Under the pieces are notes generated by a model that saw only the letters and a program-made list of their open reading frames with translations, had not been told where the DNA came from and ran no database searches. A program made the position numbers and the translations under genes. From Patellaria atrata CBS 101060 (Eukaryota), in the NCBI GenBank assembly GCA_010093705.1, contig MU006101.1:409614-473613 (forward strand): DNA of 64,000 nucleotides. The letters run 5' to 3'. Below, piece after piece: positions 51,380 through 63,573 of the stretch (its first letter is position 1; each line of letters opens with the position of its first letter).

Positions 51380-52003
51380 ATGCACCTCTCCTCCACCATC
51401 CTCGCCCTCCTCACCACCATCTCCCTCATAGCAGCAACGCCCCAATACTACGGCCACAGACTCCCCTTCGTCTACGAATTCGACAAAGTAATCGAAGTCA
51501 AAGCCGTCCCGCTGGAAGTCCGAAACGGCACGACGCCCGTCCCCGGCGAGCCCGGCGCATACGGCCTCTTCAACTTCGGCCTCAACATCGCCGAGGACAC
51601 GATTTGCTTTGTTCGTCCCCCCATTATCCCCTTTTATCCCCCTAAACCCACTAACCCGCGGCCCCCCTCCACAAAGAACATAACCCTCTTCGGTGTCTCC
51701 GGAGCCTACAAATCCCCCGCCCTAACCGCAACCCACATCCACGAAGCCGCGCGCGGGGCCTCGGGTCCACCTCGTCTTGCCTTCCCCAACCCTGTTGGCG
51801 ACGACCATCGGCGGGTTTCCGCGGGGTGTCTTAAGGGACCCTTCCTCACCGGCGTCAAGAATATGACGACGGGGATTGATACCGGGGAGGGTTTTACGAT
51901 TAAGAAGCTCGCGATGGGGATTGAGGGTTTTTTCGCGGATACGCATACGGAGGCTTTTCCGGTGGGAGCGGTGAGGGGTCAATTGGATGGGGGGAGTTGT
52001 TAG
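51380..52003 (+). CDS. Secreted CHRD-domain protein
   Basis: Signal peptide, YKSPALTATHIHEAARGASGPPRLAFPNP and FFADTHTEAFPVGAVRGQL. A stop-free 66-nt intron at 51611-51676 (gttcgt...ctaac...aag) is read through in the ORF track. Confidence 0.88.
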   Translation: MHLSSTILALLTTISLIAATPQYYGHRLPFVYEFDKVIEVKAVPLEVRNGTTPVPGEPGAYGLFNFGLNIAEDTICFVRPPIIPFYPPKPTNPRPPSTKNITLFGVSGAYKSPALTATHIHEAARGASGPPRLAFPNPVGDDHRRVSAGCLKGPFLTGVKNMTTGIDTGEGFTIKKLAMGIEGFFADTHTEAFPVGAVRGQLDGGSC

Positions 52004-53045
52004 GGTGGTCGTGGGATAGTGAGACAGTAGGGAAACGCCGAGGGGATGCATGAGTGATGAGAGTAATGAAGAAGGACCGGGTCGATTGGGGATTGTACAT
52101 ATCATGAACTGCGACTTGAAATAGAGATGGTGGACTTAATCTAATGATTCAATTTTCTCTCTTCGCATCTTTTCCTCCTCTTTTCCCCAATCCCGCTTCC
52201 GGATTATCGATCGAGTGTCCCGGGCTTATTCTTTTCCTCCAGCTAGCCTCACTTGTCGCCCGTTTGGGCCTGGGTATATCGAATCCCTACGCAATCAAAC
52301 GTTTACAGTTATATAACTCTGCAATTGACAGCTATAACAGTTGCTTACACATACTGGACACCGAAAAAGCTGTGTTCTACTTTGTACGTTCTCTTCCCTC
52401 TATTATATCTACCGCCCCGCAACCGTTCCTGACCCCCATGCTTCCTCAGCCAAATAACCGGCACAGCTATCGAGATCTCTTTACCTTATCTCTCAATTCT
52501 GCAACCTGAATGCCATATCCATCTGCGATCTTGAACCCAGCACACCCGCAACGCTTGGCATGGCATGCATTACGACAACCCCGCTCCATTTCCTGTCCCA
52601 GCATCTGAATCCCGCATGCACCCCTCGCTCTCCAGTAACCATCTTTATACTCTAAACGCAGCTAGTTAACCAAGTTACAACTCACGAAAGCTACCTCTAC
52701 CTTATCTGACCTTAGTCACACATACTACGCTCAAGACGGCAGCTCACAACTTACCTTTCCTTACCTTGTCCGTATCGTACCTACTGTACCGTCCTCCCCC
52801 GCAGTTAGGTTCCACGGACATGGAGCGAGGATGCTACAGCACGCACCGTTATAGCCGTTACGGCTCCGCAAAAACAACTCATGGGAAATAACCCAAGTGG
52901 GCATAAATAGCTGCAATGCCCACCCGAGTGAGTGTGGGGGAAGCTGGGCTAAGGACTCGTCGTTCTTGTTCTAAGCTTACAAAAAGCTTACCTTACGCTA
53001 TTCGTGAGGTGGTGAACCCCCCCTCCCCCCCTCCTGGAGCAGAAA

Positions 53046-55177
53046 ATGGTATCCCTCACAACAATCGGGTGGGGAATAATTGCGTTTTCTCGCCTCGTGA
53101 ACGCTCAATTCCCCCCTACACCGAAGGACGTGACGGTGCTGAACTCGCGCTTCGACGATGGTGTCTACATCTCGTACAAAGAGGTGTGTTCTCACCTCAC
53201 TTTGAATCCCCCGCACAACCAATCCCATCAACCCGATCAACCGACCCCAAGTCCACTGTAACCACCCCTAACACCCCGCAGCCCAACCTCTGCGAAACAA
53301 CCCCCGGCGTAAAGTCCTATGCCGGCTACGTGCACCTCCCCGCCGGAACCCTCGGCGACCTAAACGAAGCGCAAGAATACCCGATAAACACCTTCTTCTG
53401 GTTCTTCTCCGCGCGTCACGACCCCGCCAACGCGCCCCTCTCGATCTGGATGAACGGCGGCCCGGGCTCCTCCTCGATGCTCGGCCTCTTCGTCGAGAAC
53501 GGGCCGTGTTGGGTGAACCCAGACTCGAACTCCACGACTTCGAACCCGCTCTCCTGGAACGAGCACGTCAACATGCTGTACCTCGACCAGCCGGTGCAGG
53601 TAGGCCTGAGCTACGACACGCTGCAGAACGTGACCGTGGACGTCGTGAACGGGGTCGAGGTGGCTGATTTCAGCGCCACCGGGGTCCCCGAGCAGAACGC
53701 TACTTTCCTCGTCGGGACGTACTCCTCCTACAACGGCAACAACACTGCGGAGGGAAGTCGCAACGCGGCCCGGGCCCTGTGGCACTTCGCGCAGGTCTGG
53801 TTCCAGGAGTTCCCGGCGTACAAGCCGAACGACGATCGTGTGTCCATCGCTACCGAGTCGTACGGGGGACGGTACGGGCCGGCGTTTACTGCGTTTTTCC
53901 AACAGCAGAACGAACGGATCGAGAACGGGACGTGGACGGAGGTCGGGGAGATGTATTATATTCACCTGGATACGTTGTTGATCGTCAACGGGTGTATCGA
54001 TCGACAGGTGCAGTGGCCGTCGTACCCGCATATGGCGTTCAACAACACGTACGGCATCCAAACGGTCAACGAGACCGTCTATGAGGCCATGTTGGACGCG
54101 CTGAACCGACCAGGAGGATGTAGAGATAAGATAAACGACTGTCGTGCTGCCGCTGCCATCGGAGATCCATCTCAACGCGGCCTCAATGACACCGTCAACG
54201 AGATCTGCCAGGACGCCGAGACGTTCTGCTCGTCCGGAGTCCGGGACGGCTACCTCGACAACTCGGGCCGGAACTACTACGATATCACGATAATCGACCC
54301 GGACCCCTGGCCCGAGCCGTTCTACCGCGGCTATCTGAACCAGCCGCACGTGCAGCAAGCGTTAGGGGTGCCGCTGAACTGGTCGCAAAGCAACGGCGTC
54401 GTGGCACAGCAGTTCCGGGGAATCGGCGACTACCCGCGCGCCGGCTGGCTCGAGGACCTGGCATACCTCCTCGACGAGGGCATCAAGGTATCGCTGATGT
54501 ACGGCGACCGGGATTACGCCTGCAACTGGATCGGCGGGGAAGCAGTCTCCCTCGCTATAAACTGGTCCTCGACCGCGGACTTCCACGCCGCGGGCTACGC
54601 TGGCATCCAGACCAACGAGACGTACGTCGGCGGCCAGGTGCGGCAGTACGGCAACCTCAGCTTCACCCGCGTATTCCAGGCCGGCCACGAAGTCCCGTAT
54701 TATGCGCCGCAGACGGCATATGAGATTTTCAACCGCGTTCTCTTCAATAGGGACATCGCGACTGGGACTATCGACACGGCGGCGAACAGTACGTATCATA
54801 CGGAGGGGCCAGCGGATACGTGGGGGTTCACGGACGAGCCGCCGGAGCAGCCGCCGGGGCTGTGCTACGTCCTGGATCTCGAAGCGACGTGTAGGGAGGA
54901 CCAGTATCAGAGTATAGTTGACGGGTCTGCGTTGCTGCATCATTGGGTCCTCATGGACGCGAATACGACGAGATTGTTCCCGGATTTTGAGTTCGAGGGG
55001 AGCGCGAACGAGACGAGTGGGGCACCGAGCGGGACGGCGACGACCGCTGTTGGGACTGGGATGCCGAGTGAGACGGAGAGTGCGGAGCCTGTGTCAACGG
55101 GTGGTGCGGAGGGTTTGGAGCCGCGGTTGTCCGTTGTGGGGGTCGTGGTTGGTTTGGCTGGCTGGTTGGTATTGTAG
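53046..55177 (+). CDS. Serine carboxypeptidase (S10), secreted, probably GPI-anchored, 2 exons
   Basis: The real start is ATG 53046 (signal peptide [20 protein letters not shown]), with intron 53184-53281. Motifs: [34 protein letters not shown] and FQAGHEVP. The C-terminus has an S/T-rich stalk and a hydrophobic tail. Confidence 0.95.
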
Positions 55178-55996
55178 GGTAGATAGGGGTTGGAATATGA
55201 CTATACACTTTGTGATGTTTCGGGGGTGCGATACATCTTTTATAACGCGCCATTCTCGGTGTATGGCTGCTGTTTCGATAGGGTCCTCAGTCCTTTGTAC
55301 GAAAGTATCCGAGTATTCGGCTTTCAGTTACAGTTGGGACGTACAGCACCTGAGCGTACACACCAATAACACTGCACAGATGGCTTGCTCGTAGAGAATG
55401 GTTGGGAGACACGATATCAGGAGTGTGTACAAAATAAGGCGACTGTATAGAATGAGTAGGTTGTGCAAGTTGACCAGACTGTACGAACTGGGTGGAGTAC
55501 AAACTTGAGAAGGGTATACAATTTTAAGCAGACCGTAGGGTACAACCTAGGTACTCCCTAGAAATTTGAGTATTATGTACGGGATGAGGATGCTAGAAAT
55601 TGAATATACTTTATAGAATAAGTAGACTGTCGGAAATGAGTAGACTGATGGCACGAATGAAGACCTTAGAAAGTATAACACGCTAGTATATATCAAAATG
55701 ATTGAGACGTACCGAATGATGAGAAAATAGACGTTGAAGAGTTTCTGCGGAATTAAAGGAGTACAACTTAAGGCGTACCGAATGGGTAACAGGTGCAAGA
55801 GTACGTAGACTGTTAAGGAGATAAATGCAGATATCAAATGTCAGAACAAGCATATAGCGATCGAGACCTGATACCGGCGAGGTAGGAAGAGATGAAGGAC
55901 TTCAACTGGTGATGATACCTTAAAAAAAAGTTATAACTTACCGAATATGGTACTGTAGATTTTTGCCTAAGGGTCAACCCCGCCTTCATTGTTTGT

Positions 55997-56848
55997 TTAA
56001 GATGGCATGCTCCTCATAACGGTCACTCTATTCTTCAACTCAGGATACTTCTTGTCCCAGCATTCATCTGACTCCTTACCCGTCCCAAGCATTTCTTCGT
56101 CCATTTCGTCCACAATAGCTTTTAGCTTCCTTACCTCTTCGCCATCCGCATCCTCTCCCTCAATAATCGCACTCGAATGCCACCCAAACCTCTCACCCAA
56201 GACTCCAAACTTCTCCCTCAACTCGCGTAAATTCCCACTCCTAATCCCACCGCCCACTATCACTCTAACCCCTTTATTCCAACCGACCATACGATCCTCC
56301 TTTCCATCCGCCCTCTCCCTCAACACCTCCACCATACCACTGATCTTACCAACGCGTTCCTCCACACTCCCCATCCCCCCAGAAGTCAAAACACCCCTAA
56401 ACCCCACCTCCCCAATCACCCTCACCGCGCCCGCAAAATCCCGCGCAAAATCCACCGCGCGATGAAACGTACACGGCCGCTCGCCCGCCAGACCTACCAA
56501 TGTTTCATTCGCCACCCCATCAACACCCCCATCCGCCTTCAAGACCCCAAACACGAAACCCCTCACCACATCCAACGTCCTCAAGCGCCTAATATCCTCC
56601 TTCATACGGTCGAATTCCGCGGGGGTAGGCACGAACGCAGCCGCGGACATGGGCTCGACATCGGAAGGAGGAGGCGGCCGTATCATCACGTACACGGGTA
56701 TGTGGATGAGGCCTTGGAGTGCTTGGACCGCGGCGGGGGAGGGCGTCACGCCGCCGAGGGGGTAGGAGGTGCAGAACTCGATGCGGGAGGCGCCGGCTTC
56801 TTGGGCGGTGAGGGCGGAGGTGAGGGAGAAACAGGCGATTTCGAGCAT
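55997..56848 (-). CDS. cutC: Copper homeostasis protein CutC
   Basis: LEIACFS, GASRIEFC...GGVTPS, VYVMIRP, GFVFGVL, CTFHRAVD, VLTSGG, GGGIRSGN and HSSA. Confidence 0.93.
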   Translation of the reverse strand: MLEIACFSLTSALTAQEAGASRIEFCTSYPLGGVTPSPAAVQALQGLIHIPVYVMIRPPPPSDVEPMSAAAFVPTPAEFDRMKEDIRRLRTLDVVRGFVFGVLKADGGVDGVANETLVGLAGERPCTFHRAVDFARDFAGAVRVIGEVGFRGVLTSGGMGSVEERVGKISGMVEVLRERADGKEDRMVGWNKGVRVIVGGGIRSGNLRELREKFGVLGERFGWHSSAIIEGEDADGEEVRKLKAIVDEMDEEMLGTGKESDECWDKKYPELKNRVTVMRSMPS

Positions 56849-57431
56849 TGTGAGGGATGGAGGGATGGGTCGGTCCTCCGGTAGGAGGCCCTTTTAGCGG
56901 GGTCGGGGTGATGTTGGGAGTTTGTTTGGATAAAATATGGCGGTTGGGTTGGGGTTGATGTTCCGGTGCTTGCGTCGGCCCCGGTGAGCGGCGCGGCAAG
57001 GATTCGGGACGTTTCACCTCACATACGGGCTTGGCAGATCCCGTTCTTACCAAGCTGGACCGCGGTTTCTCTGCACAATGTGATTCTGCGTAGGCTCGAG
57101 CCTCACTCCCGCGAGTAAAGATTCCCTCGGGGGTTTTTCATGGGGTATGTGGCGCCTTATGTTTTTGATTTTTCTTTCAACTATTTATTCTTTTCTCTTC
57201 TTTTTTTTTTATCCCTTTTTGATGTCATGGATGAGCTGCCCCGTAGTCCCCCTTTTTCTGGCTTTGATGTTAAGGATGGTACCCCGCAATGACGGCTTGA
57301 CAGGTTTATGAAAGATAATTGTATCTTAAACGTCAATTGTACATCAAAATGCTGTCAGATAATTTTCAAGTCGATCGATTCATGCTCTGTAGTTGTCGAT
57401 TGCCTCTAGATTGAAAGATACACAAACTATA

Positions 57432-58679
57432 ATGCCTTCAGAAACGTACCGCCTTGCCATCCCCTCGACCACCCATCCCTATATCTCCTATGGCCTTCCC
57501 TTCCCTGAGGCTTGCGCCAAACATGTCTCTAGCACTCTCAATGCCTCGCGCGTGTACATCATTGCATCCAAATCTCTCTCCATGAACACTGACGCCTTGG
57601 AACGGTTACGATCAGCGTTATCGGACAAGGTCGTTGGAGAACGCGTCGGTATGATACCGCATACGCTATGGTCCGAAGTCCTTCAGGTAGCGGAGGAGGT
57701 ACGCGATTGTAAAGCGGATCTCATAGTCACTCTTGGTGCGGGTAGTTTGACGGATGCTGCAAAGATCGTTGCTTTAGCCATCGCGAACAACGCATTTGAC
57801 TTCCCCTCTCTCCAAAGGCTCGCAAACTACAACTCCTCCAACCCATTAGATCCTTCTTCAATCAGAACCCCAACAGTCACAGCTATCAATATCCCCACCT
57901 CTCTCTCCGGAGGTGAGTATCAAGACCTCGCAGGCGGAACACATGACGAGACTTTCAATAAGCACGGCTTCAAACACCCAGACATGGGCGCCAAAGTTGT
58001 GATCCTAGACCCTAAGCTAGCAGCCACAACCCCAGCTCGGATATGGCTGAGCACCGGTATCCGTGCTGTCGATCACTGTGTGGAGACGATATGCTCGCCA
58101 GAGACGAATGATGAGGCTGATGAGGCAGCAGTGAAGGGACTAAAGCGACTGGTACCTGGGTTGCTGGTGTGTAAATACAGCGAGGGTAAGGAGGATGAGA
58201 AGGCAAGATTGGAGTGCATGTTAGGGGTCATTGATGCGATGGCGGCGGTGAAAAAGGGGGTTCCGTTAGGTGCGAGTCATGGAATCGGACATCAACTTGG
58301 TCCGTTGGGAGTCGGGCATGGGGAGACAAGCTGTATCCTTCTGCCGGCGGTGTGCAAGTTTAATATGAGGCATGCGGCAAAGGACAATTTAGTGCGCAAG
58401 CAGAGGACAGTTTCTGATGCACTGTGGGGATTAAAAGACGTTGTACAGGTGCTGGAGAGGAGGGGTTTGGAAAGAGAGCAGGCAGATTTGGGAGACCTCT
58501 TAGATGTCGTGATAAGCGAACTAGGTATGCCCAGGAGTTTAAAAGATGTGGGAGTCGGGAGGGAGAAGCTGGATGCGTTGGCAAGGAATAGTCTGGACGA
58601 CAAATGGTGTAAGACGAATGCGGTGCCCCTGACGGAGAAGAATCAAGTAATGGAAATTTTAGAAACTGTGCTTGAGTGA
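57432..58679 (+). CDS. Iron-containing alcohol dehydrogenase family (maleylacetate-reductase-like) protein
   Basis: ISYGLPF, TLGAGSLTDAAK, IPTSLSGGE, STGIRAVDHCVE and GASHGIGHQLGPLGVGHGETSC metal ligands. The first ATG is at 57432. Confidence 0.92.
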   Translation: MPSETYRLAIPSTTHPYISYGLPFPEACAKHVSSTLNASRVYIIASKSLSMNTDALERLRSALSDKVVGERVGMIPHTLWSEVLQVAEEVRDCKADLIVTLGAGSLTDAAKIVALAIANNAFDFPSLQRLANYNSSNPLDPSSIRTPTVTAINIPTSLSGGEYQDLAGGTHDETFNKHGFKHPDMGAKVVILDPKLAATTPARIWLSTGIRAVDHCVETICSPETNDEADEAAVKGLKRLVPGLLVCKYSEGKEDEKARLECMLGVIDAMAAVKKGVPLGASHGIGHQLGPLGVGHGETSCILLPAVCKFNMRHAAKDNLVRKQRTVSDALWGLKDVVQVLERRGLEREQADLGDLLDVVISELGMPRSLKDVGVGREKLDALARNSLDDKWCKTNAVPLTEKNQVMEILETVLE

Positions 58680-58959
58680 AAAGGGAAACGCACGCGCATG
58701 AACAATGTATACCGCTTGATTTTATATTCAATCTGCGTGTCTCGTATATCTCGTAATCTACTTTTAGTGATATCGAAGAGGAAGATGTACTCGGCGCGTA
58801 ATCTCGAACTCAGCTGCACGCGGCATATCCATGGATCTCCTAAATCTTGTAGAATGGCGTCCTACTAATTTCACGTCTGATTGGAATTCTCCAAAGTTGA
58901 AATACCTTTCATGGGCGATACGGTGGTTTAAACCTAGAGGTACGATATATAGGGCAAGA

Positions 58960-60592
58960 TTAAGGGCACAGCACAGACTGCATATGCTCGACTTCGGCCC
59001 ATATGAATGGGCATGGATCCGTCTGCACACTCGCAACGAATAGCATCTTTCCTAGTACAATTCTAACCTGGTCCCAGTGGGTCAATTGCAAGGTCAGTGT
59101 CATTCTCACGATCCTTGCCGTGAACCATGCTCGGGACGGAGCGCCTTGGGATGCCATAGTGCCCATAAAAAATATCCATAAAAGTAACGGAGCCGCTCCA
59201 AGAAGTTCTTCATACTGTAGTAACACTTCCTTAAGTTCCTGGGCAAGCCGCTGAGGTCCGTGACGGGAAAGAGAAAGTCTCGAAGCACTTCTCGAATGTA
59301 GATAAGCCCACTGATTTTGTACCCAATTTTGAGAGCTCTTTGATCATGATCGGTAGCTGCACTTTCGTAGTACAAGAGATTCTGTTGAATAGAGTTCGTG
59401 CGTTCAACGAAGGATACAGGATCGAAACGACCTTTATTAGCCAGGGTATCGTGAAGTTCTTGGCAGTCTCATCAACTGCAGGAGGGCGGTTGTTGATCAC
59501 TTTGGCATTGAGCACGTCATTAGGAGATCCGAGAAGTATCTATGGTCTCGCATACTGAAAAATAACGGTGGAATGGCACCTTTTGAAGATAGAGACATCA
59601 AATCTGGTATTTTCGGCTTTGAGAGGAAATTAACGGCGCCCATGACATCGCAACTAACACGGCATTAGTATCTGTCAAAAGATTTCAAGTGGTAGACTTA
59701 CCATGAGATCTTCATCTGCAGGCCTATACTCAACTTCTCACAGCCGCCGCGCAATTCAATCATCCGTTGAACGCCGACCATGTGAATATCCCACTGATCA
59801 TTGTTGCCGGTGACAGCCTGTGACACTATCAACATCAATTATGCGGATAGGAATATTACTCACCCCAGCCATCGCCAGGCATGCTATTGAACTAATCGTG
59901 GAATCAGATATATCCGTTGTTAGCTTCTCTAATCTTTCGTTTAACAAGCGAATCGCACGAGACATAAATTTCGCAGGTTCCCTGGAGTCTGCGTTTTCCT
60001 GGCCCAGAGAGAGATATGTTGTAATCATGTACAAGCCGGCATGATAGAGCAAGTAGTCAGACATTTGAGCAAGGTATTCGACCGTTCTCAAGGGGGTATA
60101 AGACCAATAGACGTCGATGGGATGTATGGTACTACCTAATCCTACTATTTGTTCCACCAGTGATGCGTACAGTGCTGACTGCGGCTCTGACGAAAGAAAA
60201 CTTAGGTTTCCTACCTGGAGGACTTTGTTCTCAGTTTTGTTTAGCCTTGGATGAGTGACAAGCTCCTTGAAAACCTCTGACTTCCTCTTCTTTCTATTTC
60301 GAGCTGAATTCATTTGTACATGCGACCTCATGAGCCTAAGAACTTCCCGGTCTTTAGTTTCCGGGTTGCTGTCGTCGATAAAGGCATATCTTGAATCTGC
60401 TACTGGAAATACGAGACAGGGGGGTTGAGCCTTGCTACTGGGTCCTTCGGGGGACACAGTCGTCTCATCGAATGATGTCTCCTGGATCGGCTGGTTCACG
60501 CGGGTGGTATTCTTAGTTCTTCTATCAACTTTTTTTGCTCTAGAGCTTCTCGATACCAGTACGATAGGATCCACAGGAATTGACGGCATCAT
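58960..60592 (-). pseudogene. Frameshifted fungal transcription-factor-like gene (Fungal_trans_2-type, no Zn cluster seen)
   Basis: AFID...RLMRSHVQ, AIRLLNERL...ISDSTISSIACL, HMVGVQRMIELRGG, LLLWIFFMG, RAWF and WDQVRIVL. Two introns. Exon 3 is split over different frames (a stop after TCSMPK, shifts near 59.5 and 59.26 kb). Confidence 0.7.
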
Positions 60593-61149
60593 TAGTTGGG
60601 TTGCCTTCGATCAAGTGAAGTAGTTGAACCGAGCTAAGGAGAACAGTGATGAGCAGAGGAAGAAAAGGGAAAGGATAACCTAAATAGGATGCAGGCAATT
60701 TGCTGTTAGAGATTTTTCCCTCCATACTCACATGGTGGAAGGACTTGCATAGTAATTTATACGGATCTCCCAAGGTCGTGTGGTGGTGACGAAGACGAGG
60801 TTCCTCATGTAATCATGCAGCCGAAGTCTGCTCATTGCTATTTCAAGTTAGACTTTCCTTTTCGGGAAATAGGTCAGTAGCAACTCCTTAGAATTTATAT
60901 GCCGGCTTCTCCTTTAACGGGTTTAGATATGGTCCAAAATCACGCAGGAATCACAGTGATCACTTCTGGTCATTGTTTGTAGAGGTACTATCTGAGCAAT
61001 CTGTAACGTTGATGCCTACAGGTTAGAGGGACAAAAAACAGAAATATTTAACAATGGAGACGAACGGTTACCAGAGAGGGTATTCGGCACCACGAGTGAG
61101 AATTGCAAGACTTTAACAATATTAATCCCAAAGGCGTGCATGATACAAG

Positions 61150-62037
61150 ATGAAAACAGAAATTATCTTCACGCATCAAATTGCGCCCACCGAGTTTGTG
61201 TTGCCAGATAATGGTATCAAGTACGCATATCAGCTTCTCAGCCTCCCAGACGGCATACCACTTTTTCTCCATACCCATTTCCGCAGCAACATGGACTTCT
61301 CGGACCCGGCCTTAATCGATACCCTCGGTGCTCGTCGTCCCGTCGTCTTATTTGACAGCGGCGGTGTTGGAAAGAGCACCGGTGAAGTCCCAGAGACTTT
61401 TCAAGGTTGGGCGGACCATCTCATCGCCTTCGTTCAGGCGTTAGGACTAGAGCAGATAGATCTCCTCGGATACTCCATGGGCGGTTGCGCAGCGCAGGTG
61501 GCACTCACCGCGCCGCATCTCATTCGAAAATTAATACTTGCCGGGACTATGCCGAGTCAAGGACCAGTCGACATTCCCGCTCGACCTGAGCCCATCGCCC
61601 TTCTAGCGTCTGCTAAGGTAGATGAAGAGTTTGAGATCGCTTTGGCGAAGAGTTTCTATAACTGGACTGATGAGGGAAGAGCAGCTGCGAAGGTATCCTG
61701 GGATCGTATACAGTTGCGTAGACATGACAGGGCGCCTTTTCTTGATCTGAAGAGCTCAGCCCAACAAAGAGCCGCGACATCGGATTGGAAGCAGAGAAAT
61801 CCGAATTATTCCTATGATCGGTTGGAAGAGTTGAAGATGCCCGTTCTAACTGCGAACGGAGATAATGATCTCTTGATTCCAACTGTGCATAGCTGGAACA
61901 TGATGGACAAGATTCGAAATGCGCAGTTAATCATCTATCCGGAAGCAGGGTATGGGTTCCTATTTCAATATGCAGAATTGTTTGCCAACCACGTGCATAC
62001 TTTCTTAGATGGTCATGGTATGAAAGCCTCGCTGTAA
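61150..62037 (+). CDS. Alpha/beta hydrolase (non-heme haloperoxidase-like), probably catalytically dead
   Basis: HFRSNMD..DPALID, FDSGGVGKS, GYSMGG nucleophile elbow and NGDNDLLIPT. The terminal motif reads YPEAGYGFLFQY where this family has YPxAGHGFLFQ. Confidence 0.85.
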   Translation: MKTEIIFTHQIAPTEFVLPDNGIKYAYQLLSLPDGIPLFLHTHFRSNMDFSDPALIDTLGARRPVVLFDSGGVGKSTGEVPETFQGWADHLIAFVQALGLEQIDLLGYSMGGCAAQVALTAPHLIRKLILAGTMPSQGPVDIPARPEPIALLASAKVDEEFEIALAKSFYNWTDEGRAAAKVSWDRIQLRRHDRAPFLDLKSSAQQRAATSDWKQRNPNYSYDRLEELKMPVLTANGDNDLLIPTVHSWNMMDKIRNAQLIIYPEAGYGFLFQYAELFANHVHTFLDGHGMKASL

Positions 62038-62272
62038 TCGGTCGTAGTAGTTGGACTACCAAAGCTGAGGGGAAAACTGAATACAAAAAATAACATAGAT
62101 GAATGATAATCATCACATGATATCTGTCTTCTGTCATAAATCTCAAAATTCTCGTACACGTGGGGTATCTCAGCGACTTTAAGAATCAAAATACCGCCAT
62201 GTTCAGCTCGATACTTACGCCAACAGAAAATCAGTAGGAAATAGTCAGAATCGCATGCTCAGGAAGATAGTT

Positions 62273-63573
62273 TCACACGTCTTCCCGAATCTTCACCTCT
62301 GCAATCTTGGCCTCCTCGAGCTCCTTTTCATGTAGGCAAATATTTGCATACCGTTGAGGTAAAATACACCCAGGATGCATGTAGTCGAAACAAAACATGA
62401 ACAAAACGCCTGACAGCTGTAAGTCAGAAAGATTCAAAAACGTCTCCACAACCACTTACCAAGAATGGGGAGTACATCCAAAAACCAGAATGTCCACTCA
62501 TGCGATACTAAATAGTGTCCACGATGAGCAATCGCAAAGTCTCTCTGGGACTTTGTCCATCCGTCCGAGTAATATATCATGCGGTATACTGTTTGAACCT
62601 GCGGTGTAATGTTAAATAGATAACAGTTACAATTGGCTGAAGGAGATAGACATACCATAAGGAGGCACATAGAGACATTGCTCAACCAGAATACCCTACG
62701 CCATCGTGCATCGTAAGTACATGTTGGTGATGAGCTATTAGTCCATCCTCTGCTGATCCAAGCAAACCTGATCGTAAGTGCAGCAATGATGAAAAACGTT
62801 ATGAGTGGTAAGATGAGTCCAACGCTAATACAATGTGCCCCATGCCATAACGCATCCCACATTTGCCACGGTTCATCTATTGGCTTATCATAAGCTTCTT
62901 TATAGCGCATAACACCTACGAACTGGCCAATGGATGATCCAATATATATCAATGCAACGGGGATCGTTGAGCGTTGGACAGGGAACCAGATGCAGCGGAC
63001 GTGGCGTAACTCGTTGGGCGTGATCCACCATACAAGACGACGGAATGTCTGGAAGCATGCTACGGAGAGGAACAACGGCGAAACCCTTGATTATTCTTTC
63101 AGATTTGGCACCAGCTTTTCGGGATATGGAGCTTACAGCAATGAAAATTCCGCGAACGAGATCAGTGATGTGCTTGCCCTTTTTTGACTTCTCACATAAA
63201 ACGCTCTCGCCAGCAGGCCCGCGAACTGGACTAACAAAATCTCAGTAACATACATTATCATATTGGATTGTCAGAACTTACATATAGCTGCACCGAGCAC
63301 TGTGTACAGAAACCATGCTCTGCGTTTAAGATATTTATATGTGCAGAGTAACAGGGCGACTCCGGTTACAACACTTCCAAATATTGCAATCGGTAGCGAT
63401 GGCTCATAGAGGAAGACTCCAATCATCGTCATCGCTGTATAGATACTTAGTTTTTCTTATTCCCAGTGATTAAGACTGAACGTACGATTAACTTTGACCG
63501 GAACACCACCATCAGACTTCGAAGCGTCTGAATCAGAAAGACTTAGACCGCCAGAACTCGAACTTCCCGACAT
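62273..63573 (-). CDS. RTA1-like 7-TM membrane protein, 6 exons
   Basis: Spliced from ATG 63573: FLYEPSLPIAI, VSPLFLSVACFQTFRRLVWW, VQTVYRMIYY, YLVSHEWTFWFLDVLP and HPG. Five canonical introns restore one frame. Confidence 0.85.

Noticed and set aside
52916..53045. 753-aa ORF start at 52916
   Set aside because: The N-terminal extension reads through the UTR and an intron. The signal-peptide exon at 53046 spliced at 53184-53281 fits the S10 family.
53360..54943. Long antisense ORFs (332 aa, 193 aa)
   Set aside because: Shadows of the GC3-rich carboxypeptidase. The same applies to antisense ORFs over MSH6, BVMO, CHRD and CutC.
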